A stretch of 27,605 nucleotides of DNA from Nitrospirales bacterium (GTDB taxonomy: Bacteria > Nitrospirota > Nitrospiria > Nitrospirales > NS-4): assembly GCA_035642795.1 (NCBI GenBank), contig DASQRT010000324.1:1-27605 (forward strand). Direction: 5' to 3'. Positions 1-7,423 of this stretch are shown one piece after another. A program made the translations under genes and the position numbers. Under the pieces are notes generated by a model. That model was not told the DNA's origin. It saw nothing but the letters and a program-made list of their open reading frames with translations, and did not search any database. Each line of letters opens with the position of its first letter. Position 1 is the first letter of the stretch.

Positions 1-2
1 CC

Positions 3-2258
3 ACCGTGGGGACCGTCACCGAGATCTACGACTATCTTCGCCTGCTGTTCGCCCGCATCGGCCGCCCGCACTGCCCGCAGTGCGGCGATCCGATCGCCGC
101 GCAGACGGTCCAGCAGATGGTGGATGCACTCATGGCGCTGCCGCCTGGTGCGAAGCTCTCCGTGCTGGCACCCATCGTGCGGGACGGCAAGGGCGAATAC
201 CGGAAAGAACTCCAAGATTCCCGCCGCGCGGGATTCATCCGGGCGCGGATTGACGGGAAGCCGCACGATCTCGCAGACGAGATCGCGCTCGACAAGCAGA
301 AGAAGCACACCATCGAGATCGTGGTGGACCGCGTGGTCCTCAAGCACGATGACCCAACGATGCAGCGGCTGGCGGACTCATTGGAGATCGCGCTCAAGCA
401 AGCCCACGGGCTGGTCGTGATTGATCTGGATGGAAAGAAGGACTTGATTTACAGCGAGAAGCTGGCCTGCGTCCGCTGCGGGTTCAGCTACTCGGAGCTG
501 ACCCCCCGCCTCTTCTCCTTCAACAGCCCGCATGGGGCCTGTCCCGCCTGCGATGGTCTAGGCCACGAGCCGCCAAGGGGCTGCCCCGTGTTCAGCGAAG
601 ACGATGAATACGAGGAAGAGGATTACGGCTCGCTGACGCTCTGCCCGATCTGCAAGGGCGACCGGCTGAAACCCGAGAGCCTCTCGGTCCTCATCGACCG
701 GAAGTCCATCGCCGCGGTCACGCGCCTCTCGATCCGGGACGCGGCCGAGTTCTTCCAGCGATTGAAGCTGACCGAGCGCGAGCAGTTTATCGCCCACCGC
801 ATCCTCAAAGAGATCCGCGAGCGGCTGGGTTTTCTCATCAACGTCGGGCTGGACTACCTGACATTGGATCGGGCCGCGGCAACGCTCTCCGGCGGGGAGG
901 GCCAGCGCATCCGGCTTGCCACGCAGATCGGCTCCGGCCTGGTTGGCGTGCTCTACATCCTGGACGAGCCGTCCATCGGCTTGCACCAGCGGGACAACCA
1001 GCGGCTGCTGGACACGCTGCTCCGGCTGCGGGATCTCGGCAATACCGTGATCGTGGTCGAGCACGACGCCGAGACGATGCGGCGCGCGGACTACATTCTG
1101 GACCTGGGTCCCGGCCCCGGCGTGCATGGGGGATCCGTTGTAGCGAAGGGCTCACCGGCCGATGTTATGGCCAACAAGGATTCCCTAACCGGGCAATACC
1201 TGCGCGGAGACATGAACATCACGCTCCCGCATCGGGCTCGCCAGGCGGGACGCTACCTCATCGTCGTCAGCGCCAGGGAGCACAATCTCAAGAACATCAC
1301 GGTGAAGGTCCCGCTGGGGCTGCTCACGTGCGTGACGGGCGTGTCAGGGTCCGGCAAGAGCACGCTGCTCTTCGACGTCCTGTACCGGAGCCTGCGGGAG
1401 TTGCTCTATGGAGAGAAAGAGCGCGGCGTGCCCAAGAGGCCGTGGATTGCCGGATGTTCGGATATCAAGGGCATCGAGCACATCGACAAGATCGTCAACA
1501 TCGACCAGTCGCCGATCGGGCGCACGCCACGGTCCAATCCGGCGACCTACACCGGCCTGTTCACGTACATCCGGGAGTTCTTCGCGAACCTGCCCGAGTC
1601 GCGGGTGCGCGGCTACAAGTTAGGCCGCTACTCATTCAACGTGAAGGGCGGGCGGTGCGAGGCGTGCCAGGGCGGCGGGCTCATCAAGATCGAGATGCAC
1701 CTCCTGCCGGACGTCTATGTGACCTGCGAGGTCTGCAAGGGCCGGCGGTACAATCGGGAGACTCTGGAGGTCCGCCACAAGGAGAAGAGCATCGCCGACG
1801 TCCTCGATATGACCGTCGAGGAAGCGCTGGCGTTTTTCCAGCACCTCCCCCTCATCAAGGGCAAGCTGCAGACGCTCTTCGACGTGGGGCTGGGCTACAT
1901 CAAGCTCGGTCAGTCGGCCACCACACTCTCGGGCGGCGAAGCGCAGCGAGTGAAGCTCTCCCGCGAGCTTTCCAAGCGGGCGACCGGGCGGACCCTCTAC
2001 ATTCTGGACGAGCCCACCACTGGCCTGCATTTCGCGGACATCCAGATGCTCCTCGAGGTCCTCAACCGTCTGGTGGAGTCTGGCAACACCGTCGTGGTGA
2101 TCGAGCACAACCTCGACGTCGTCCGTAACGCCGACTGGATCATCGACCTGGGGCCGGAAGGCGGCGATCGCGGCGGCGAAGTCGTCGCCGCGGGCACGCC
2201 CAAGGAAGTCGCGGGTGTGAAGGCTTCCCACACGGGGCGGGTTCTGCGCGGGGTGTGA
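3..2258 (+). CDS. uvrA: Excinuclease ABC subunit A, 5'-truncated by the window edge; lacks the insertion domain
   Basis: [18 protein letters not shown], UvrB-binding domain, Zn-binding CxxC pairs, [12 protein letters not shown] and [11 protein letters not shown] signatures, Walker [10 protein letters not shown], two LDEP Walker B motifs. Confidence 0.97.
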   Translation, partial: TVGTVTEIYDYLRLLFARIGRPHCPQCGDPIAAQTVQQMVDALMALPPGAKLSVLAPIVRDGKGEYRKELQDSRRAGFIRARIDGKPHDLADEIALDKQKKHTIEIVVDRVVLKHDDPTMQRLADSLEIALKQAHGLVVIDLDGKKDLIYSEKLACVRCGFSYSELTPRLFSFNSPHGACPACDGLGHEPPRGCPVFSEDDEYEEEDYGSLTLCPICKGDRLKPESLSVLIDRKSIAAVTRLSIRDAAEFFQRLKLTEREQFIAHRILKEIRERLGFLINVGLDYLTLDRAAATLSGGEGQRIRLATQIGSGLVGVLYILDEPSIGLHQRDNQRLLDTLLRLRDLGNTVIVVEHDAETMRRADYILDLGPGPGVHGGSVVAKGSPADVMANKDSLTGQYLRGDMNITLPHRARQAGRYLIVVSAREHNLKNITVKVPLGLLTCVTGVSGSGKSTLLFDVLYRSLRELLYGEKERGVPKRPWIAGCSDIKGIEHIDKIVNIDQSPIGRTPRSNPATYTGLFTYIREFFANLPESRVRGYKLGRYSFNVKGGRCEACQGGGLIKIEMHLLPDVYVTCEVCKGRRYNRETLEVRHKEKSIADVLDMTVEEALAFFQHLPLIKGKLQTLFDVGLGYIKLGQSATTLSGGEAQRVKLSRELSKRATGRTLYILDEPTTGLHFADIQMLLEVLNRLVESGNTVVVIEHNLDVVRNADWIIDLGPEGGDRGGEVVAAGTPKEVAGVKASHTGRVLRGV

Positions 2259-2262
2259 ATGC

Positions 2263-2281
2263 GGGCGGCTCGTAGCCGCCC
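2263..2281. terminator. GC-rich hairpin between convergent uvrA and luxR-HTH genes, possible bidirectional terminator
   Basis: Perfect inverted repeat GGGCGGCT-cgt-AGCCGCCC; no clear U-tract on either strand. Confidence 0.45.
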
Positions 2282-2289
2282 TGGCTCTC

Positions 2290-2553
2290 TCAGAGTTTGT
2301 TTTCGATGGCGTAGCGCACCATCTGCGCCACGTTCCGGATGCCGAGTCGGCGCCCGATGTTCACACGGTGCGTTTCGGCTGTGCGCGGGCTGATGCCCAA
2401 CTTCTCGCCGATCTGCTTGCTGGTATACCCGTGGGCCACCAGGCTTAGCACTTGACGCTCGCGCGGCGTGAGGCGCGGGGTCACTCGGCGTGAGTTCTTC
2501 ATGTCTAGGGCGGGGTCTTTGCGTTTCGTTTTAGCGGTCAAGCGTAGAGTCAT
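2290..2553 (-). CDS. Stand-alone LuxR/NarL-type HTH protein (GerE-like, 87 aa)
   Basis: LTPRERQVLSLVAHGYTSKQIGEKLGISPRTAETHRVNIGRRLG; ATG at 2553 downstream of AGGAGGAGG; no receiver or ligand-binding domain. Confidence 0.85.
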   Translation of the reverse strand: MTLRLTAKTKRKDPALDMKNSRRVTPRLTPRERQVLSLVAHGYTSKQIGEKLGISPRTAETHRVNIGRRLGIRNVAQMVRYAIENKL

Positions 2554-2592
2554 GATGTGCAGAAACCTCCTCCTTGAGCATGGATGCACAGC

Positions 2593-2622
2593 ATCATAGC
2601 CTGATCGCAAGCCGAAAGACAA
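2593..2622 (-). promoter_or_regulatory. Putative sigma70 promoter of the luxR-HTH gene
   Basis: Minus strand TTGTCT-N18-TATGAT, about 40 nt upstream of ATG 2553. Confidence 0.5.
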
Positions 2623-2695
2623 TCGGGGAAACCTAGGAATGAACAACAGGAACCGGGTCGACCAGGGAGGTGCCGCATTTTTCCTGGTTTTTCCG

Positions 2696-2722
2696 TGTCA
2701 CCTTTGCCGAAATGGCGTGTCT
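2696..2722 (+). promoter_or_regulatory. Candidate ECF-type (autoregulatory) promoter of the sigma factor operon
   Basis: TGTCACC-N16-GTCT just upstream of the sigma gene, resembling ECF -35/-10 layouts; pattern match only. Confidence 0.25.
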
Positions 2723-2737
2723 CACGGAGTATAGGAG

Positions 2738-3292
2738 ATGAATGCGGGCGGGATGGCGGCGTCGGACTACCAACTATTGGACCGCTACGCGACCGGCGAC
2801 GAGTCGGCCTTCGAGGAGCTGGTCACGCGCCATCAGAAGACCGTCTATGACCTGGCGTACCGAATGCTGGGGAACCATGCCGACGCGGCCGACTTGGCGC
2901 AGAAGACGTTCGTACAAGCCTTCCTCCATCATCGGTCCTTCAAGCGCGAGTCCAGCTTTCGGACCTGGCTCTATCAGATCTGCCTTAACCAATGCCGCAA
3001 CGCGCTCCGTGATCGGGCCCGGCTGGCGCATGAGGATGTGGACGAGCTGGCGCTTGCGGCCCCGCAGGATACCTTTGCGGAGGCCGCCAAGTCCGAGCTA
3101 CGGGACCGTCTGGGGCAGGCGATCCGGACCCTGCCGGCGAGACAGCGGGAGGCTCTGGTGCTGCGCGTGTATCACAACCATGCCTTCGCGGATATCGGGG
3201 TGATCATGAGCTGTTCCGAAGGGACCGCGAAGGCCAATTACCATCATGCGGTGGACAAACTCCGCCGTGTCCTGATGGCGGGTGAGGGATGA
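2738..3292 (+). CDS. ECF RNA polymerase sigma factor (sigma-24 family)
   Basis: Region 2 (DLAQKTFVQAF, SFRTWLYQICLNQCRN) and region 4 (LPARQREALVLR...SEGTAKANYHHA); alternative start at Met 2753. Confidence 0.95.
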   Translation: MNAGGMAASDYQLLDRYATGDESAFEELVTRHQKTVYDLAYRMLGNHADAADLAQKTFVQAFLHHRSFKRESSFRTWLYQICLNQCRNALRDRARLAHEDVDELALAAPQDTFAEAAKSELRDRLGQAIRTLPARQREALVLRVYHNHAFADIGVIMSCSEGTAKANYHHAVDKLRRVLMAGEG

Positions 3293-3816
3293 ACATGACC
3301 TGCAATGAGATCAAGGAATTGACCGTACCGTACCTGGAACTGGACTTGGAGCCGCCCCGCGTCCGGGACGTCACTACCCACCTGAACGGGTGCGCTGGCT
3401 GTCGTGCCGAGATGGAAGCGGTCCGCCAGGTCCTCGTCCGAGTGAAGGGGATGGCGGTGCCGGACCCGGGCGACCGATTTTGGACGGAATTCCCGGAAAA
3501 AGTTCGCCGTGGACTGGCCCGCGAAAGGCCAACTGGCCGCTCTGTTGGGAACGCAACCTGGATGCCAAGGTGGCCGCTGGCCCTCGCGGCGTCGCTGTTG
3601 CTCGTCGTCGGCGCCTGGTCCCTGAAAGGCCTGCTCGATAGAGGACTAGTGCCGCCCGGGCAATCCGTGACGCAGGGTACTATCACTGCGGACCTGCCGA
3701 GCCTCGGCGATGCGGACTGGGAGGCATACTGGGAGGATGATCCCGACACGGTCCTGGTCGAGATGGCGACGCAACTGGATCGCCAGACCATGGACCGGTT
3801 GCTTGCGGATATTTGA
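3289..3816 (+). CDS. Zinc-binding anti-sigma factor (zf-HC2/ZAS) with one TM helix
   Basis: ATGA overlap with the sigma gene; HLNGCAGC (HxxxCxxC); TM WPLALAASLLLVVGAWSL; short acidic C-terminal tail. Confidence 0.85.
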   Translation: MNMTCNEIKELTVPYLELDLEPPRVRDVTTHLNGCAGCRAEMEAVRQVLVRVKGMAVPDPGDRFWTEFPEKVRRGLARERPTGRSVGNATWMPRWPLALAASLLLVVGAWSLKGLLDRGLVPPGQSVTQGTITADLPSLGDADWEAYWEDDPDTVLVEMATQLDRQTMDRLLADI

Positions 3817-3830
3817 AAGAAAGGAGCGTT

Positions 3831-4478
3831 ATGTACCCGATCACGCGTACAATCCAGGCCGTCTTTACCGTCGCGTTGGTAGGAGTTCTGGTCTCACCCT
3901 CCGGGGCCCAGGAGACGGGCAGACCGGGCGGTCCGTCCTCGACTCCACCGGTGATGCAAGAACCCGAGCGCATGACGCCGCCGGAGCGCGGCGGCAAGGA
4001 CATGGAGGAACGCATCCGGCACTTCGAAGCCAAGAGGAGGGAGAAACTGCTGCAGGCCTTGCAACTGGACGAGGCCACCCGTACCAGGCTTACCCAGCGA
4101 CTTGAGCAACTGGACCAGAAAGCGCAAGACTTGCGCCGCCAGCGGCAGGAAGCCGTGCAAGCCTTGCGTGAGCAAGCCAAGGGGCTGCGCAAGGAGATAC
4201 GGCGAGGGCAGCGCAACGGCGGTGGGCGCGGCCCGGAGGGGACTCCGCCTGCGGGAGGCAGCCCGGCCGATAACAGCTCCTTGCGGCAGACGTTAGAACG
4301 AGTCTATGCGGTGGAGGACGCCATGACGGGCTTGCGGCGGGAACGCCTGCAGGTAGCGCGCGACTTGCTGACGCCCGAGCAGCAAGTCAAGTTCCTCCTT
4401 TTCACCGTTAGGTTTCAGAAGGAGATGCATGAACGGCTGCTGCGGGAACAAGGTGGACAGGAAGGCGGGCGGCGGTAA
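3831..4478 (+). CDS. Secreted helical protein, Spy/CpxP/periplasmic heavy-metal-sensor-like
   Basis: SD AAGGAG before ATG 3831; signal peptide ending SPSGA-QE; coiled-coil body; C-terminal LLTPEQQVKF (LTxxQ motif). Confidence 0.7.
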   Translation: MYPITRTIQAVFTVALVGVLVSPSGAQETGRPGGPSSTPPVMQEPERMTPPERGGKDMEERIRHFEAKRREKLLQALQLDEATRTRLTQRLEQLDQKAQDLRRQRQEAVQALREQAKGLRKEIRRGQRNGGGRGPEGTPPAGGSPADNSSLRQTLERVYAVEDAMTGLRRERLQVARDLLTPEQQVKFLLFTVRFQKEMHERLLREQGGQEGGRR

Positions 4479-4506
4479 ACCTCGTTTGACCACTCTTCTT
4501 CGGTTT

Positions 4507-4515
4507 TGATACGCT
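4507..4515 (+). promoter_or_regulatory. Extended -10 element directly before the YHS gene start (leaderless candidate)
   Basis: TG-a-TACGCT then 6 nt then ATG 4522; no SD. Confidence 0.5.
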
Positions 4516-4521
4516 TCCGTC

Positions 4522-4791
4522 ATGTTATGGCGTTTCATCGTCCTCGGGGTCCTGCTCGTCATCGTATATTTCATGGTGAAGAGCGCCCTGCGGGGTCTTT
4601 TCGGCAAGGGCCAGGACGTGACGCGATCCGTGGGGACGTCGGGCAAGCCTTCCGAGATGGTCCAGGATCCGGTCTGCGGGATGTTTATACCGAGGGAAGG
4701 AGCGTACTTCCTCGAACAGGGCAGGCAGACGGTCTTCTTTTGCAGCGAGACCTGCCGCGCCAGCTACCAGAAGAAGCTCAGCTCCGCGTAA
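4522..4791 (+). CDS. Membrane-anchored YHS/TRASH domain protein
   Basis: N-terminal TM helix; DPVCGM...FFCSETC metal-binding motif. Confidence 0.85.
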   Translation: MLWRFIVLGVLLVIVYFMVKSALRGLFGKGQDVTRSVGTSGKPSEMVQDPVCGMFIPREGAYFLEQGRQTVFFCSETCRASYQKKLSSA

Positions 4792-4792
4792 G

Positions 4793-5101
4793 TCAGCAGC
4801 CCGACGAGTAGCTGTAGTCGTCCAGCTTGCCTTCCTTGTCGAACTTCAACGTGATCTCACACTCGTGGGGATTGATCCCGCCCAGGATGCGTTGCGTGCC
4901 GCCGGCGATCCTGTAGTAGGTCCAGCTTTCGCCACCGAAAAAGCGTTTGGACGTACCGGAGGGCTTGCCCCACTCCTTCTCGAACCATTCCTTCGACTCG
5001 TGCCGCTGGGCCGCCGGTTTGAGGGACTGTTCCAGGTAGGGATTGCTGGCGCATCCGGCGAACAGCAACAGACTCACCAAAACGATTACCGACCGAGACA
5101 T
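4793..5101 (-). CDS. Small lipoprotein, possibly SmpA/OmlA (BamE)-like fold
   Basis: Lipobox LFAG-C; WGKPS...WTYY...ITLKFDKEGKLDDY pattern; GGGG SD-like element before ATG. Confidence 0.78.
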   Translation of the reverse strand: MSRSVIVLVSLLLFAGCASNPYLEQSLKPAAQRHESKEWFEKEWGKPSGTSKRFFGGESWTYYRIAGGTQRILGGINPHECEITLKFDKEGKLDDYSYSSGC

Positions 5102-5124
5102 ATGGACCCCCTTGGTTCAGGACG

Positions 5125-5133
5125 AAGCTAGCA
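5125..5133 (-). promoter_or_regulatory. Extended -10 element for the lipoprotein gene
   Basis: Minus strand TG-c-TAGCTT about 24 nt upstream of ATG 5101. Confidence 0.4.
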
Positions 5134-5143
5134 TGGTTCTTGT

Positions 5144-5172
5144 TTGCAAAGCCCGAGGTGTTCTCCTAGAAT
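5144..5172 (+). promoter_or_regulatory. sigma70 promoter of the tal-mla operon
   Basis: TTGCAA-N17-TAGAAT; SD GGAGG near 5211. Confidence 0.7.
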
Positions 5173-5221
5173 ACCATACAAGTCCCGCGCAAACCCGGTT
5201 CCCTTCACCCGGAGGTTCCCT

Positions 5222-5875
5222 ATGATGATCTTTTTGGATACCGGCAACACGAAAGAGATTAAGGAAGCGGCCAGCTGGGGCATCCTGGACGGCGTGACCA
5301 CCAATCCATCGCTGGTGGCCAAGGAAGGACGCAGCTTTAAGGACCTCCTCCAGGAAGTCTGCTCGATCGTGGACGGCCCGATCAGCGCCGAGGTCGTCAG
5401 CGTCGAAGCCGACGCGATGATCAAAGAGGGCAAGGACCTTGCCAAGATCCATAAGAACATCGTGGTCAAGGTCCCGCTGATCCCAGAAGGCTTGAAGGCC
5501 TGTAAGGCACTGGCCTCCGAGGGAATCAAGGTCAACGTCACCCTCTGCTTCTCGCCGAACCAAGCCCTGCTGGCCGCCAAGGCCGGCGCTTGGTGCGTCA
5601 GTCCCTTCATCGGCCGGCTGGACGACATCAGCGAGGATGGGATGGGGCTCATCCGAGACATCGTGACCATCTACCGGAACTACCACTTCAAGACGAAGGT
5701 GCTGGTGGCCAGCGTGCGGCATCCCCGGCACGTGGTCGAGGCCGCCAAGATTGGAGGCGACATCTGCACCATGCCGTTCGCCGTCTTCAAGCAACTCGTC
5801 CAGCATCCACTGACCGACGTCGGCTTGAAGAAATTCCTGGCGGACTGGGAGAAGCAGAATGTCCCGAGAGGGTAA
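5222..5875 (+). CDS. tal: Transaldolase (short Tal/Fsa family)
   Basis: FLDT, GVTTNPS, catalytic Lys in [14 protein letters not shown]; SAEV (Glu) and SPFIGR (Phe) indicate transaldolase rather than FSA. Confidence 0.95.
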   Translation: MMIFLDTGNTKEIKEAASWGILDGVTTNPSLVAKEGRSFKDLLQEVCSIVDGPISAEVVSVEADAMIKEGKDLAKIHKNIVVKVPLIPEGLKACKALASEGIKVNVTLCFSPNQALLAAKAGAWCVSPFIGRLDDISEDGMGLIRDIVTIYRNYHFKTKVLVASVRHPRHVVEAAKIGGDICTMPFAVFKQLVQHPLTDVGLKKFLADWEKQNVPRG

Positions 5876-5893
5876 GCCCTCTCCGCGCCCGGT

Positions 5894-6673
5894 GTGATTG
5901 CCTGGACCGGCAGGAAGACGGTCGAGGGCCTCGAGTTCGCGGCGGCGGTCCTCGACCTTGGTCTGCGTGCCTTCCGAGAGCTCTTCTCGCCCGCGCGGCG
6001 CGGACGTGGCGAGGTCTTCCGGGTCGTCACCCGCCAGATCCTGTTCACCGGAGTCGACGCGCTTCCGGTCGTTGGGGCGATCGCGTTGATGCTGGGCCTC
6101 ATCATCATCATCCAGGCCGGGACCACGCTGCCACAGGTTGGGGCGGGCGCCTTTCTGGCCAAGATCATCGAGCTGACGGTGGTTCACGAGCTGGGCCCGC
6201 TCCTCACGGCCTTCATCGTGATCTGGCGGTCGGGGACCGCCATCTGCACGGAGTTGGGCAACATGCAGGTCGGCCAGGAGATCGCCGCGCTCGATGCGAT
6301 GGGGATCAGCCTGATCCGCTTTCTGGTGATGCCGCGCGTGGCCGGGGTGATCGTGGCCATGGTCTGCTTGACGATCTACTTCGATCTCATCGCAATCGTG
6401 GGCGGTTTCCTGGTAGCCAAGATCCACCTCACCATTCCCATCCAGGTCTACCTGGCGGAGATCGAGGAAGTGCTCTCGGCCTCGGACATCTTGATCACCG
6501 TCATCAAGAGCGTCCTGTTTGGATTCACCATCGCCGTCATCTGCTGCCATCACGGGCTTTCCGTCGTGGGCGCCACCACCGAGGTGCCCCAGCAGACGAC
6601 GTGGGCGATGCTCAACACGGTCACGGCCTGCCTGGTCCTCGACATCATCGTGTCAGTCGGGTTTTACCTCTGA
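5894..6673 (+). CDS. mlaE: MlaE-family ABC permease of an Mce transport system
   Basis: RQILFTGVDALP, ELGPLLTAFIV, ELGNMQVGQEIAALDAMGIS...PRV motifs; GTG start uncertain (no SD). Confidence 0.92.
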   Translation: MIAWTGRKTVEGLEFAAAVLDLGLRAFRELFSPARRGRGEVFRVVTRQILFTGVDALPVVGAIALMLGLIIIIQAGTTLPQVGAGAFLAKIIELTVVHELGPLLTAFIVIWRSGTAICTELGNMQVGQEIAALDAMGISLIRFLVMPRVAGVIVAMVCLTIYFDLIAIVGGFLVAKIHLTIPIQVYLAEIEEVLSASDILITVIKSVLFGFTIAVICCHHGLSVVGATTEVPQQTTWAMLNTVTACLVLDIIVSVGFYL

Positions 6674-6675
6674 CC

Positions 6676-7410
6676 ATGTCGGAGGCGGTGATCACATTGG
6701 ACCGCGTCTCGGCGAGCGAAAGGGATCAGACGCTCGTCGAGGACATCAGCTTCACCGTGCACCGGGGCGAGGCCGTCGCCCTGGTGGGGTCCAATGCGTC
6801 CGGCAAGGGCCTCGTGCTCAGGCTCTGCGCTGGATTGGAGGCGCCCGCGTCAGGGACGGTACGGGTGCTGGGCGCGGATCCGGCCCGCGCGACGGAGGAG
6901 CAGCTCTTGGCGCTGCGCCAGCGGGTGGGGTTCGTCTTCGCCAAACCCGCGCTGATCAGCAACATGACCGTCTTCAACAACGTCGCGCTCCCGCTTCGCT
7001 ATCACACTGTTTTTCCGGAGACCGAGATCCGGGAGCGGGTGCTGGCACGCCTGACGGAATGTGGCGTGGACGCTTTTCGCGACCGGATGCCGGCCGACCT
7101 GATGTTGGGGGATGCGCGCCAGGCGGCGCTCGCGCGGGCCATGGTGATGGACCCGGACATTCTGTGCGTGGACGAGGTGCTGCTCGGGTTGGACGCCGAT
7201 GAACTCGTCCGGCTCCGGAAGATCCTGGAGCGGTACCGAAGGGCGGGCCGGCCGACGATCGTCGCCACTGTCAATGCGCCCACCAGTCTGTTACGCGCGA
7301 TGGACCGCCTGATCCTGCTCCAGGACGGTCGCCTTGTGGCCGCCTGTCCGCCGGCCGAGGCTCCGCTGTTGGATGATCCGATGGTGCAAGTTTTTTTTGG
7401 ATCCCAGTAA
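6676..7410 (+). CDS. MlaF-like ABC ATP-binding protein with degenerate catalytic motifs
   Basis: Real start ATG 6676, 2 nt after the mlaE stop; ABC fold recognisable (GSNASGKG, RQRVGFVF, NVALPL, ILCVDE..GLD). Confidence 0.9.
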   Translation: MSEAVITLDRVSASERDQTLVEDISFTVHRGEAVALVGSNASGKGLVLRLCAGLEAPASGTVRVLGADPARATEEQLLALRQRVGFVFAKPALISNMTVFNNVALPLRYHTVFPETEIRERVLARLTECGVDAFRDRMPADLMLGDARQAALARAMVMDPDILCVDEVLLGLDADELVRLRKILERYRRAGRPTIVATVNAPTSLLRAMDRLILLQDGRLVAACPPAEAPLLDDPMVQVFFGSQ

Positions 7411-7423
7411 AGGAGAAACAGCC

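Noticed and set aside
2290-2646. LuxR protein as an AHL quorum-sensing receptor, or with the 118-aa start given in the track
   Set aside because: No autoinducer-binding domain and no luxI in the window; SD and promoter positions favour ATG 2553.
5873-5896. tal and mlaE are in the same frame, separated by one TAA and six codons (possible readthrough fusion)
   Set aside because: TAA is the least leaky stop, there is no recoding signal, and transaldolase ends at its normal length.
5117-6553. 478-aa minus-strand ORF and similar long antisense ORFs (e.g. 11878..12936, 14839..15888, 22123..23196)
   Set aside because: Antisense shadows of well-supported genes, expected in high-GC DNA; no motifs or SD.
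5590-6675. 606-aa ORF 5590..7410 suggesting a large N-terminal extension on the ABC ATPase
   Set aside because: The upstream 362 codons are an alternate frame over tal and mlaE with R/G/P-rich composition; ABC homology starts at ATG 6676.
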